From assembly GCA_945787715.1 (NCBI GenBank), contig CALZJE010000001.1, positions 11,127-75,126 of the forward strand: DNA of 64,000 nt, in the 5' to 3' direction. Positions 37,951 through 48,201 of this stretch are shown piece by piece. The notes beneath the pieces are model-generated. The model was not told the DNA's origin and ran no database searches. It worked only from the letters and a program-made list of their open reading frames with translations. How positions within the stretch are numbered: position 1 is the stretch's first letter; the number at the start of each line of letters is the position of its first letter. Source of the stretch: an uncultured Ectothiorhodospiraceae bacterium (GTDB lineage: Bacteria > Pseudomonadota > Gammaproteobacteria > S012-40). Position numbers and translations under genes: made by a program.

Positions 37951-38152
37951 ATTCGCGCTGTAGCGTTGCTCACCCAGCAGGTGAAGAGCAGAATCGAAGC
38001 TAAATATCTTCGTTTCAATACGTTACCATCAGAATGGAGCGGTTAACTGAGGAATCTAGGTTTATATGCGAATCTAATACGCTCCAATACCAAGCTTGGG
38101 ATTGGGAGGAAGATAGTCTCCTTAATATCGGAGCGGTTTTTAATTGCGGTTA

Positions 38153-38578
38153 CTAATCGTGAGCTGCGAATGCTGCGGCGTTTGCTTGTTTCTCAAGTCG
38201 TTCTTCTAACATATGGGGCATATTAGCAGCGTAATTTGCTGTTGCCTCAGCTGAAAATAGATATGCTTTTGCTTTGGCATCATCACCATTTCTCATCGCT
38301 TTGGCTGCTAACTTCTTTAGTACCTCGGTTAAATTTAGTGTCTCTGTGATAACCAATCCATCATTGGGATACTTCTTGAACAATCCTTCACTTTCATGTT
38401 CTTGATATTCGCTTTTTGCCCAAATCGAAAGTGATTCTATTGATTCTGCCACCGATTCATAAGCGCTAGGTTTGCTAAAAATGAGTAACGAATTTTTTTC
38501 GTTTGCAAATGCTGAGTTGTTGCAAGTCAATCCTGTCATAAGCAACAGGATTGAAGGGGTGAGTTTGTTTCTTGTCAT
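38153..38578 (-). CDS. Hypothetical secreted or periplasmic helical protein
   Basis: Signal peptide ending AFA; 141 aa; Ala/Lys-rich, predicted helical. Confidence 0.45.
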   Translation of the reverse strand: MTRNKLTPSILLLMTGLTCNNSAFANEKNSLLIFSKPSAYESVAESIESLSIWAKSEYQEHESEGLFKKYPNDGLVITETLNLTEVLKKLAAKAMRNGDDAKAKAYLFSAEATANYAANMPHMLEERLEKQANAAAFAAHD

Positions 38579-38782
38579 AGTCGGGAATCACTCTGTTGTT
38601 ATTAATTGTTCATGAGATATGTTGTGACTATAGTAGTCTAAATGATAATGATTATCAATAGCGATTGGTTGATTTTTTAAACTGCTGTTGCTATCTCTGT
38701 AGATATTGGCGAGTATAACTCTACTTCTGTTCTCGAATTTTTAGCATAATGAACTTGTTCATTTCATTTAGGTTGATATTTA

Positions 38783-39577
38783 ATGGTTTTTGGTTTGTTC
38801 GAAAAAACACCGCTATTAGATGAGTCGTCTGTAGAGTGGTTATATGACGCATATGCATGGTCTTTAACGCAATTTGGAAGTGAGTATTTCTATCAGAAAA
38901 CAATATTGGTAGAGCCAACAGACAAGCATTTTCCTGGTAAGGCTAATGATTCGCAGAGTATGGCTGAGTTAATCTTGGCCAAGGTTAAGCAATATGCTGG
39001 TGTTGATGCATGGCCGTGTAGATTAGTTGATCATAATCAAGCCTCCTATGATATAAATCAATTACCTGCATTACCTGAATTGTTGGATATGAAGAGTGAA
39101 AATCCCAATGATACCAGTGCTTTGGTGTTGCTTTATGAACCGATGCAAGTGCGTAACCCAGTTGTTATGATTGCCAATTTTTCCCATCTAATAGCGCACC
39201 ACATGGGTTATCTGGCCTCAGAAAAACCACCGTGTGACGAAGATCAGTGGTTCCACATGGCGGAACTCGTTGCGATTTTTATGGGATTTGGTCTTATGTT
39301 GGCGAATACTGCGAGTCCATATCGGGGTGGCGGCTGTGCACGTTGTGTTTCTCCGCTGTTGGAAAGGAAAGGGCATCTATCGGAAGATGAGGTGGCTTAT
39401 GCGTTGGCAATATTTAGTGTGCTAAAAAGCGTTCCTGATAAATCTGTTATCAAACATCTAAAAAAGTCGTTGATTCCGCTGTATAAACGAGCTGTCGGTG
39501 AAATTAGAACCGATGAGAGATGTGTGAAAATGCTTAAAGCGATTCATAGCAATCCTTTTTTTCGCGGTGTGGAATAA
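38783..39577 (+). CDS. Hypothetical cytoplasmic protein
   Basis: 264-aa ORF; no recognisable domain; contains HLIAHHMGY and GGGCARC. Confidence 0.4.
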   Translation: MVFGLFEKTPLLDESSVEWLYDAYAWSLTQFGSEYFYQKTILVEPTDKHFPGKANDSQSMAELILAKVKQYAGVDAWPCRLVDHNQASYDINQLPALPELLDMKSENPNDTSALVLLYEPMQVRNPVVMIANFSHLIAHHMGYLASEKPPCDEDQWFHMAELVAIFMGFGLMLANTASPYRGGGCARCVSPLLERKGHLSEDEVAYALAIFSVLKSVPDKSVIKHLKKSLIPLYKRAVGEIRTDERCVKMLKAIHSNPFFRGVE

Positions 39578-39707
39578 TTAGCGTGATAATCCCGGTTTAC
39601 TCTGGAAACATGCTGTGAATTAAGTAAAATGCTTACACTGGATTTGAGAATTTATGCCTACATTATTGGCAGATTGGATATATAGGTTTAAGAGAGTGAA
39701 AAAAGAT

Positions 39708-39986
39708 ATGATTGGATATTTGCGAATACTTGCCATTATAGAGGGTGTTTCTCTTTTGGTTTTGTTGTTTATCGCCATGCCTCTAAAGTATTACTTTGCT
39801 GCACCTCAGGCGGTTTCTGTGGTTGGAATGACGCACGGACTACTTTTTCTTGCTTTTGTTGGATTTTGTCTTTGGGTGTCACAGCAGAAAAAATGGTCAG
39901 AGGGATTTTTTATGCTTGTTATTATTTCATCGGTGATCCCCTTTGCAACTTTTGCAATGGATAGAAAATTAAAAACAATGAGTTGA
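39708..39986 (+). CDS. Small membrane protein (DUF3817-like)
   Basis: Three hydrophobic helices; start placed at the internal Met MIGYLRILAII. Confidence 0.4.
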   Translation: MIGYLRILAIIEGVSLLVLLFIAMPLKYYFAAPQAVSVVGMTHGLLFLAFVGFCLWVSQQKKWSEGFFMLVIISSVIPFATFAMDRKLKTMS

Positions 39987-40399
39987 TTAGTTTCCGCCTA
40001 ATAGACTTGTAAAATTCCATGCTTGGCATGCTCTAAGAGTGGAGACTAAAAGAAGTACTTAAATATTCTTCCTAAGGAGCGACTGTTTTTGCCGATCATT
40101 ATGATATTATTCGCTTCGCGTCACGACGCATATCTGGAGATATTCGGATGCCCTTAGACGGGCTGTTACACATTGATATGATTTTCGACGATGATTCGTG
40201 GATATGTGTTGATAGGACAATGAATGACCTAGCAATTATTGCCTGGACAAATTTTTATATTAGCGCTCGTCTTTTACCTAAATAATCTTTAATTTCTCGT
40301 TTAATTTACCGGCGATTAGAATTTGTTGTTGCTCGAGCTTTGCTGTTTTATCGGCGTATTGTTTACCTTTCCTCGTATTAAACTTATCTTAGTTTAAGA

Positions 40400-43195
40400 T
40401 TAACTTTTTTGTTGAAATGGAATGATTTTGTTTTGATTATGGTGGTTCTTGAGATATTTTATAAATTGATCGTTTGGCAGGGGTTTACTGAAGTAATATC
40501 CTTGGATGGTATTGCACTCGTGTTTTTTTAAAAACTCAAGTTGATCGTTATCCTCAACGCCCTCAGCTATGACGTGAAGATTTAAATTATGAGCGATAGA
40601 GATAATTGCTGTACACATCGCGGCATCATCAGAATCTGTTAAAACATCTTTCACAAAGCAACGATCAATTTTTAATGTGCTCACACAAAATTGTTTTAAA
40701 TAGGATAATGATGAATATCCTGTGCCAAAATCATCGATCGATAATTTAATGCCAATATCATTGAGCTTGTTCAGCGTGTTAATTGCTGCTTGAGGATTTG
40801 TTGCGAGCGTTCCTTCGGTTAACTCTAGCTCTAGATATTCCGGGGCAAGGTTTGTTTTTTTCAAAACATTCTTAACATCTTTAAAAATATTACCGCGTTC
40901 AAATTGTATGGCAGAAATATTAACGGATACTCTTATGGGAGGTAATCCTAGGTCTTGCCAGTATTTGCATTGTTTGGCCGCTTCTTTCATTACCCATTGA
41001 CTGATTGGAATGATAAGACCTGTTTGTTCTGCGAGAGGAATAAATTCAAGAGGTGATACTAGGCCGTGTTTTGGATTGTTCCAACGAATAAGTGCTTCGG
41101 CGCCAATAGGTATTCCTTTCTTTGCATCTACTTGAGGCTGATAATAGAGTTCAAATTCATTTCGTTCAATTGCTCGACGTAAGTCGGTTTCAAGTGTTAA
41201 CTCCCTTGCATCCTGTTTGCCCATTTCTTCGCTGTATAAAACAAAATTGTTTTTTCCTAGGGATTTGGCGCGATACATGGCAATGTCGGCTTTTTTCATA
41301 AGATCAAGCGCGCTTTGACCATCTTTGGGGTAAAGGCTAATGCCCACAGACGCTGTAGAAAAAAATTCTTCATCAACAAGCAAAAATGGTGTGCTAAAGG
41401 TATTAATGATTTTATCTGCAATTTTTCGAACATCGGAAGGATTTGAAAGATCCCTTAATATAATGACAAATTCGTCACCGCCTAAACGACTCACCGTATC
41501 ACCTTCTCTCAGGCAAGAGACCAGCCTGCTGGCAACATGTCGGAGAAGTTCGTCTCCCACATCGTGCCCGTGAGCATCATTGACCAGCTTAAAGCGATCT
41601 AAATCTAGAAAAAGTACAGCGTGATATTTGTCATTCCACGGTCCGCGAGAAATAGCTTGAACCAATCGATCCATTAATAAAATACGGTTTGGCAGTGCAG
41701 TTAAGTCATCGTGAGTTGCGAGATGCGTCATTTCTCGTGCTAACCGTCGAGCGTCGCTTACATCGTGGGATACAACGACTGCTCCATTTATATTTTCTTT
41801 TGTCCCTTTGATAGGGGCTGTGGATATTTCAACGGCAGTTTCGTGTGAGTTGTTCTTATTAATAACCATTACATTATCTGTAATCTTTACTACTTTAGCT
41901 TTTTCAATACACTCATAAACTAGGCCATAATCTAGAGCGGTTTGAGTTGCTTCATATTGAACGTTGAAAACTTCATGAACTGGAAGCCCGAATGCTTCTT
42001 CACGAGACCATCCTGTTATGGATTCAGCAATCGGGTTCAAATAATCAATATTACCTTGCTCATCGGTAGTGATAACTGCATCTGCAATTGATTCCAGAGT
42101 TGTTAATGCGCGTTCCTTTTCTATAGCAAGTTCTTTGGTACGAGCTTCAACTAATTTCTTGGTTTCATTGTTTCTGCGATGTAGCTCATTATTTCGATTA
42201 ACAATAGATTTGACCTGCAGAATAATTAAAAAAGTGATGATCAGGCCTGAGATTGTTGCAGCACCAATGAGTGAAAGATCCAGGTCGTTCCAGAACAATG
42301 GAGTTTTTATCTCAAGAAAATACGTATCACTATGGGTATTTATTCTATACTTATTCTTAAACAAATTTATTGTTCTGTTGCTTTCTCTATTTGTTGACCT
42401 AAAGTCATAGTGAAGCAGTGTGTTACGGGAGGCGTTGTTATAGCTTTGGTGGTCCAATGTAATCTCATGTCCTGAATGAGACTTTAGAAGTTTTTCCGCA
42501 TTTATTCGTAGAGCAATAACTCCTGTTGTGGTCTTTCTTCTTTCTTTGATAGTTTCTGGCGTTGATTTTCCTGCATAAACAGCAATAAAAACAACAAATT
42601 CTTGCTTGTTTTGTGATGTTGCTGCTTCTAACGCTGTAGCAGCCTGTGCGGTGTCGATCGCATGGTAGATAGATGCTTTAAATGTATCTATGGATAGGTA
42701 ATCATATCCTAGCTGCTTAACGCTAATTGGAGTATAGGGCTCTATAAAAACGACCGGGAAGTATTCATCTCTCAAGCTTGCTGTTATAAATTTGTTGTTA
42801 CTAATTTCTGTTATAGAATAATTGATATATCCATCGTCTTCAGTGTTTCTTTCAAATAATTTTCGATCTTTTGACGACGTCAGTTTTAAGTACATTGATG
42901 ATTTTATGTAAGTATGTCTTTCGAGTAAATTACTAGATAACAAACGAAATTCGTCAGTTTCGACTTCATTGGATGCATCAAATAAAGATCTCATTCCGTA
43001 GAGTGCTTCATCAATCGAATTTATTTTTTGTGTGATGCCATCTTTAATGATGAATTCTTTAGTATTGCTTTTTTCTTTTGCTTGTTCAAATGAGATATTA
43101 AATGCGATATAGACCAAGGATACCGTAATAAATATGCCAATTAGTGCGGCCACGTATGTGGAAAATGCACTATATTTTTTAACGTTATTTGTCAC
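40400..43195 (-). CDS. Membrane sensor diguanylate cyclase/phosphodiesterase (periplasmic domain, TM, PAS, GGDEF, EAL)
   Basis: Two transmembrane segments flank a roughly 270-aa periplasmic domain; coiled coil; PAS; intact GGDEF (RLGGDEFVIIL) and EAL (GAEALIRW) motifs. Confidence 0.85.
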   Translation of the reverse strand: MTNNVKKYSAFSTYVAALIGIFITVSLVYIAFNISFEQAKEKSNTKEFIIKDGITQKINSIDEALYGMRSLFDASNEVETDEFRLLSSNLLERHTYIKSSMYLKLTSSKDRKLFERNTEDDGYINYSITEISNNKFITASLRDEYFPVVFIEPYTPISVKQLGYDYLSIDTFKASIYHAIDTAQAATALEAATSQNKQEFVVFIAVYAGKSTPETIKERRKTTTGVIALRINAEKLLKSHSGHEITLDHQSYNNASRNTLLHYDFRSTNRESNRTINLFKNKYRINTHSDTYFLEIKTPLFWNDLDLSLIGAATISGLIITFLIILQVKSIVNRNNELHRRNNETKKLVEARTKELAIEKERALTTLESIADAVITTDEQGNIDYLNPIAESITGWSREEAFGLPVHEVFNVQYEATQTALDYGLVYECIEKAKVVKITDNVMVINKNNSHETAVEISTAPIKGTKENINGAVVVSHDVSDARRLAREMTHLATHDDLTALPNRILLMDRLVQAISRGPWNDKYHAVLFLDLDRFKLVNDAHGHDVGDELLRHVASRLVSCLREGDTVSRLGGDEFVIILRDLSNPSDVRKIADKIINTFSTPFLLVDEEFFSTASVGISLYPKDGQSALDLMKKADIAMYRAKSLGKNNFVLYSEEMGKQDARELTLETDLRRAIERNEFELYYQPQVDAKKGIPIGAEALIRWNNPKHGLVSPLEFIPLAEQTGLIIPISQWVMKEAAKQCKYWQDLGLPPIRVSVNISAIQFERGNIFKDVKNVLKKTNLAPEYLELELTEGTLATNPQAAINTLNKLNDIGIKLSIDDFGTGYSSLSYLKQFCVSTLKIDRCFVKDVLTDSDDAAMCTAIISIAHNLNLHVIAEGVEDNDQLEFLKKHECNTIQGYYFSKPLPNDQFIKYLKNHHNQNKIIPFQQKS

Positions 43196-44236
43196 TTATT
43201 TTCCTCGATGCACCGCTTTAGAGGCAATAGTAGATGGCAATGTATAGGTGGACGCATCAATTAGAGGGTCGTTTACATATATATTCCATCGCCTATTAAC
43301 TACTATGGGAATCTCCCCTGGATCTTCGCCACTCAATATTGCTTGGGCTACTTTAGCGGCCCATTCACCTTGCTCCTGAGGAAGTTTGGTTATCGCTAGC
43401 ATGGCATAAGGTATCATCCAGTCATAATTTGTGACCGTTAAAGTACTCGCATGGTTAGAAACAAATTCTTGAATATTATTTTTATTCCAATCGTTAATGC
43501 CACTGTTATTGTTTAAGATAATGAAATCCGCATTTTGAGCTTCAAGAAATGCCTTTTTCCAACCTTCATTGGTTTTTACAAACGCACTCTTTAGATTGAT
43601 TCCTTGCTCTGAATATTTGGATTTATAACGTTGATAGTCTTTGTGTTCGGTTAGCACATCTGCGGAAAGGTAAACACCAGTTTTAACTCGTCCTACAATG
43701 CTTTTTATTACTTTTAGTAAAGGTTGGATTGGAGCAATTTCGATTATACCTGTTGCATTGGAATAAGGATATCCGTATTCCTCTACTGTCCAATTAATTC
43801 CACAAAACACAAACGGAAGTTTGTCGTTTTTGTAGTATGGCATGATTAGATATTTGGAAGCGTTGTCATCACATGCGATAACAATATCTGGCTTTGTTTT
43901 TTCTATGTATTTTTTGGTTTTGATCGCCATTTTCTTGATAAATGACGCGTTAGGGTTTCGTTTGGAGTCCATATAAAACTTATCAAGGGTACACGTACCT
44001 TTTAGGTTTTTTTCAATACCTTCTTCAATTCCATCATTCCATTCGTAACCAGTATGGTAAGACGATACATAGAGGCATTCATTTGCATTTGCTTCATTGA
44101 TTAGCATGCTGCTAAGTACTAAGCCGAGAAAAATTATAATTGAATGAAAGCCTGATTTTGAATGGATTGAGTATTGTCGATCTTTATCTGCTCCCGGTAG
44201 TTGAAGCCCGTTACTTTGGTATGAATGGCGATCCAT
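43196..44236 (-). CDS. Periplasmic solute-binding-protein-like protein (COG2984-like) coupled to the sensor
   Basis: Signal/anchor segment; type-I periplasmic binding fold pattern; its stop codon directly abuts the GGDEF-EAL start at 43195. Confidence 0.55.
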   Translation of the reverse strand: MDRHSYQSNGLQLPGADKDRQYSIHSKSGFHSIIIFLGLVLSSMLINEANANECLYVSSYHTGYEWNDGIEEGIEKNLKGTCTLDKFYMDSKRNPNASFIKKMAIKTKKYIEKTKPDIVIACDDNASKYLIMPYYKNDKLPFVFCGINWTVEEYGYPYSNATGIIEIAPIQPLLKVIKSIVGRVKTGVYLSADVLTEHKDYQRYKSKYSEQGINLKSAFVKTNEGWKKAFLEAQNADFIILNNNSGINDWNKNNIQEFVSNHASTLTVTNYDWMIPYAMLAITKLPQEQGEWAAKVAQAILSGEDPGEIPIVVNRRWNIYVNDPLIDASTYTLPSTIASKAVHRGK

Positions 44237-44443
44237 AATCTATTCTTCCGAATACTTATTGATGAGGGAGTGTTTAGTCACTTGTTTTCCGTATCGGCAT
44301 ACGAAAATGTTGCTTAAGTTATAAAATTGAACTGATCTGTAACGTAGTTGAAAATCACAAGAAAGTGTAAGGTTAGTGGGGTAAGTGCTAAATCAATACC
44401 TTAAAAAAGGTATTGCATATTGCGGTTTATTTGCAGTTAAATA

Positions 44444-45151
44444 TTAGATTGCTTCACTGGGAATCATGCTCAGTTTTTCTAGGCGGTAACCGTGTCGATA
44501 TATCGTATTTAGGCGCCAGCCATTTTCGGGATTAATCATCAATTTTTTTCGTAACAGGCTGATGTGAGTATCAACCGTGCGAGTGTTTAGGTCTGAACGT
44601 TGACCCCAAACACTTTCAAGTATATGGCCTCTACTTAAAATGCGACCTTGATTGCGAAATAGAAACTCTGCCAGTTCAAATTCTTTTGCCGTAAGAGTTA
44701 CTGCTTGATTCCCATGACTCACGGTGAAAGTGTTGGCATCCAAAGAGTACGGGTCATATTTAATGATTGCGTGATTGTTTACGCTTTGTGTAAATCTTCG
44801 TATCAAAGCTTTGACCCTTGCAAAAAGTTCGGCTTTTCGAACAGGTTTGATTAGGTAATCGTCAGCGCCGCTTTCTAGAGCAGTGACAATATCCTCTTCG
44901 CTATTTCTACCTGTCGTAAACAAGATAGGTGTGTTATAGCCATATTTTTCTCGAATATTTTTGGTGACTTCGATACCTGTCGTGGTAGGTAATTCCCAGT
45001 CAAGAATTAATAGATCATAACTATCTTGGGTTAGAGCATTGAGGAGTGCAGGGCCGTCACGATAAATATGGCAAACGTTACTCTTTTCTTCGAGCCAATG
45101 CTGAACGATATCAGCGGTCGATTCGTCGTCTTCAAGTAGCGCAATACGCAT
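44444..45151 (-). CDS. OmpR/PhoB-family response regulator
   Basis: REC domain (DD...LLILDWELP...K) and winged-helix C-terminus (RTVDTHISLLRKKL). Confidence 0.85.
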   Translation of the reverse strand: MRIALLEDDESTADIVQHWLEEKSNVCHIYRDGPALLNALTQDSYDLLILDWELPTTTGIEVTKNIREKYGYNTPILFTTGRNSEEDIVTALESGADDYLIKPVRKAELFARVKALIRRFTQSVNNHAIIKYDPYSLDANTFTVSHGNQAVTLTAKEFELAEFLFRNQGRILSRGHILESVWGQRSDLNTRTVDTHISLLRKKLMINPENGWRLNTIYRHGYRLEKLSMIPSEAI

Positions 45152-45190
45152 TATTTTGAATTCCTCTTTATGGTGAATTTACGCTATGCC

Positions 45191-45517
45191 CTAGCCTTTG
45201 GTCTGGCTATCTGACACTAATTTGCAGATTCGATATAACTTGGCGTAGTAAACTTGTTCATTGCCATTAAGTTTGGGAATGATATTTTCAAGTTTTTCCG
45301 TTTCATGGACAAAGGAGCCTAGATCAATGTTTTTACTTGTTTTACCGGATAAGAACTTATTAAGTTCAGTCGTCAGATTTGATCTGAGTAATTTAAGGTC
45401 TAAATTATTAATAAGGGATGACTTTAGTTCAGTCGCATATTTACTTTGCTGAAGTTCTTCCCATGTTGATTTAATTGCGAATAATTCCATATCTTTGCCC
45501 TGCTGACCAAGCCTCAA
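45191..45517 (-). CDS. Small hypothetical protein upstream of the response regulator
   Basis: 108-aa ORF, same strand, 40 bp upstream of the response regulator; no motif recognised. Confidence 0.3.
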   Translation of the reverse strand: MRLGQQGKDMELFAIKSTWEELQQSKYATELKSSLINNLDLKLLRSNLTTELNKFLSGKTSKNIDLGSFVHETEKLENIIPKLNGNEQVYYAKLYRICKLVSDSQTKG

Positions 45518-46161
45518 TTATATTAGAATGAAACTGACATTAAGCACCACTGATTGCAGCTTTTCTGACAATATTATTACACAGTTTATTATTTATCGAG
45601 AGTGAATGCAGGTGAATATAACAAAATTTAACGCTTTCATTTTTCTACAAAACTATCGATTAAAGCGTGAAAGATTCCACATATTCCGTAATAAATATAA
45701 AGTAATTGAGGTGATTGAAGAAGATAATATTAAATTATTGAAATTAACTTACAGCGCTATAAATTATTGTCGGTACTAATTTATTGTAGTTTAAAATTGT
45801 GCTCTCTGTTTTTATTTAGTTAAACCAATTAATTGCATTCATTTCCTGTGTCCAATTGCTTTTTCTAGGTTAAAAGATCTTTAGTCTCAATATTGCATTG
45901 ACTTAACAGGTAGCTGCCCATGTGTCATTGCATAATGCAGTTAATTTTTCGACTGGCATTTATTGTTAGGTGAAGAGCCAGAGAGGAGTGAATGAGTGAG
46001 CTGCTTCAATAAAAAATAAAACTATTTGCTTAATGAGGATTGTAAGCCGGTGTTTAAAATGCTGGACGTTTAGACATGTATGCCTAATTCATTTCAAAAA
46101 AACATGCATACTTTGTGAGAACGCCAGTATGATACTGGCGTAGAATTATTTTATTACTAGA

Positions 46162-46428
46162 TTAGATTTTAAAACGACCGTTTATGCTCATCGTTTCTTT
46201 CGCGTTTCCCCATGCTGTTTTTACGATGGCGTAGATGGGATCCCAGCCAGTAAGCCCTGTCACCCAAAAATAGACAGTGATAATATGCAATATAGCAAAG
46301 TCAAGTATAGGGAGATTCAAAGAGTAACATATGATAAGAATAATTAAACCAATAAAACCGCGGAATATACGATCAATTGGCCCGACTGTATTTTTTATTC
46401 TATAAAAACCGAGGCTATTTTTATCCAT
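46162..46428 (-). CDS. Small inner-membrane protein (DUF2892/YgaP-like)
   Basis: Two hydrophobic helices and a GWDPIY motif. Confidence 0.5.
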   Translation of the reverse strand: MDKNSLGFYRIKNTVGPIDRIFRGFIGLIILIICYSLNLPILDFAILHIITVYFWVTGLTGWDPIYAIVKTAWGNAKETMSINGRFKI

Positions 46429-46496
46429 AATTATTTCTCTTAATTATTGTCATGCGATTTCGAAAGTAATAGCTCTATCACACAGATTTAGTTTAT

Positions 46497-47270
46497 CTAT
46501 AACCTAGCACTATAGTCAATTATTAAAGGTGCATGGTCTGAAAAACGTTCATCTTTATATATACTGCAGGATTTCACTTTCTTTTTCAATCCAGGAGAAA
46601 TGACTTGGTAATCAATGCGCCAACCCACATTTTTTGCCCAAGCTTGCCCTCGATTAGACCACCATGTGTATTGATCTTTTTCTTGGTTGACGACACGAAA
46701 CGCGTCAATGTAACCGATTTCGTCAAATACTTCGTCCATCCAAGCTCTTTCTTCAGGCAGAAATCCTGAATTTTTTTCATTAGCCTTCGCATTTTTAATA
46801 TCAATTACCTTATGTGCAATATTCCAATCGCCGCAGATAATGTACTCTCTATTGTGATCTAGCATCTCTTTCAAAACGGGCGTGAATCGAGTCATTAATT
46901 CATATTTAAAGGCTTGCCTCTCTTCCTTTGAAGAGCCCGAGGGGAGATAAAGAGAGATTACACTGATATTACTAAAGTCTACTTGCAAGTAACGACCTTC
47001 ACTATCCATGTCTTCCCATCCGATACCAACTTTTACGTTGTTTGGTTTTTTCTTGCTATAAATCGCGACACCGCTATAACCTTTTTTTTCAGCATCGTGA
47101 TAGTGGGTGTGATAACCTTTTGGTGAAAAGCAGGGATCAGTTAACTGATCACGTTGTGCTTTTGTCTCTTGGATGCACACAACGTCGGCGTTTTGGTCGG
47201 CTAACCACTCAAAAAAGCCCTTTCTAGCTGCTGCGCGGATTCCATTAGTATTAACCGAAATGACTCTCAT
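46497..47270 (-). CDS. xthA: Exodeoxyribonuclease III
   Basis: EEP-fold motifs (VISVNTNGIR; CIQETK; GDWNIAH; SDHAP). Confidence 0.9.
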   Translation of the reverse strand: MRVISVNTNGIRAAARKGFFEWLADQNADVVCIQETKAQRDQLTDPCFSPKGYHTHYHDAEKKGYSGVAIYSKKKPNNVKVGIGWEDMDSEGRYLQVDFSNISVISLYLPSGSSKEERQAFKYELMTRFTPVLKEMLDHNREYIICGDWNIAHKVIDIKNAKANEKNSGFLPEERAWMDEVFDEIGYIDAFRVVNQEKDQYTWWSNRGQAWAKNVGWRIDYQVISPGLKKKVKSCSIYKDERFSDHAPLIIDYSARL

Positions 47271-47511
47271 TTTTACCTTTTTTTATTAATCACAATGTGA
47301 TTCATTCTAGCGTGCTTTTGAGGCCATTTATAGGATCAAATTGTCACGGATTAAATTCGCAAATTCCCGTAATATCCGCGATAATTTGATAAACTTAGAA
47401 AAATCAGTTGATCCAAGAATTTGAGTACACTAAAAGTAGGCGCACACCATCTTCACGTCCAACTGATCTCTCTAAGATAAATTGACACCAAATAGTTTAG
47501 GAACATACTGC

Positions 47512-48153
47512 ATGCAGGATTACCAACGATCATTTCTTAACTTTGCGCTTGAGACAGAAGTATTGAAATTTGGCGAGTTTACATTGAAGTCGGGCCGATT
47601 GAGTCCCTATTTTTTTAATAGTGGATTATTTAATTCGGGTAAGAGTTTGGCAGAATTAGGTCGGTTTTATGCGCAGGCAATTGTTGCGTCGGGGGTTGAG
47701 TTTGACGTTATTTTTGGGCCAGCGTACAAAGGAATTCCGTTAGCTGCGGCAATAAGTATAGCACTTGCAGACCATCATCAACGAGATGTCCCATATTCAT
47801 TCAATCGAAAAGAAGCTAAGGATCATGGCGAAGGTGGCACAATAGTAGGGGCTCCACTTTCTGGCAAAGTGTTGATCGTAGATGATGTTATTTCTGCCGG
47901 TACATCTGTACGTGAATCGGTAGATCTTATTCGTGAAAACAATGCTACTCCGGCTGGCGTTATGATTGCCCTTGATCGACAAGAGAAAGGTGAAGGCAAT
48001 ACTTCGGCAATACAGGAAATTGAAAAAAAATACCAAATGCCGGTGAATAGCATTGTTCGATTTGAGCACTTGATTGAATTTATTGCGAATAATTCACAAC
48101 TTGCGGATTATTTGCCCAAAGTAAAAGATTATCGTGAAACTTATGGGGTGTAG
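47512..48153 (+). CDS. pyrE: Orotate phosphoribosyltransferase
   Basis: Aligns with E. coli PyrE from MQDYQRSF; PRPP-binding motif [13 protein letters not shown]. Confidence 0.9.
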   Translation: MQDYQRSFLNFALETEVLKFGEFTLKSGRLSPYFFNSGLFNSGKSLAELGRFYAQAIVASGVEFDVIFGPAYKGIPLAAAISIALADHHQRDVPYSFNRKEAKDHGEGGTIVGAPLSGKVLIVDDVISAGTSVRESVDLIRENNATPAGVMIALDRQEKGEGNTSAIQEIEKKYQMPVNSIVRFEHLIEFIANNSQLADYLPKVKDYRETYGV

Positions 48154-48201
48154 CCAGCATTCCAAGGTTTTACATAATTCAACGCCAGTAAGAAATGCCG
48201 G

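Noticed and set aside
37804-38046. 80-aa Cys-rich ORF.
   Set aside because: It coincides exactly with the GC-rich imperfect palindrome. The Cys and Gly codons are a by-product of the GC-rich inverted repeat, there is no ribosome-binding site, and it is better explained as a structured nucleic-acid element.
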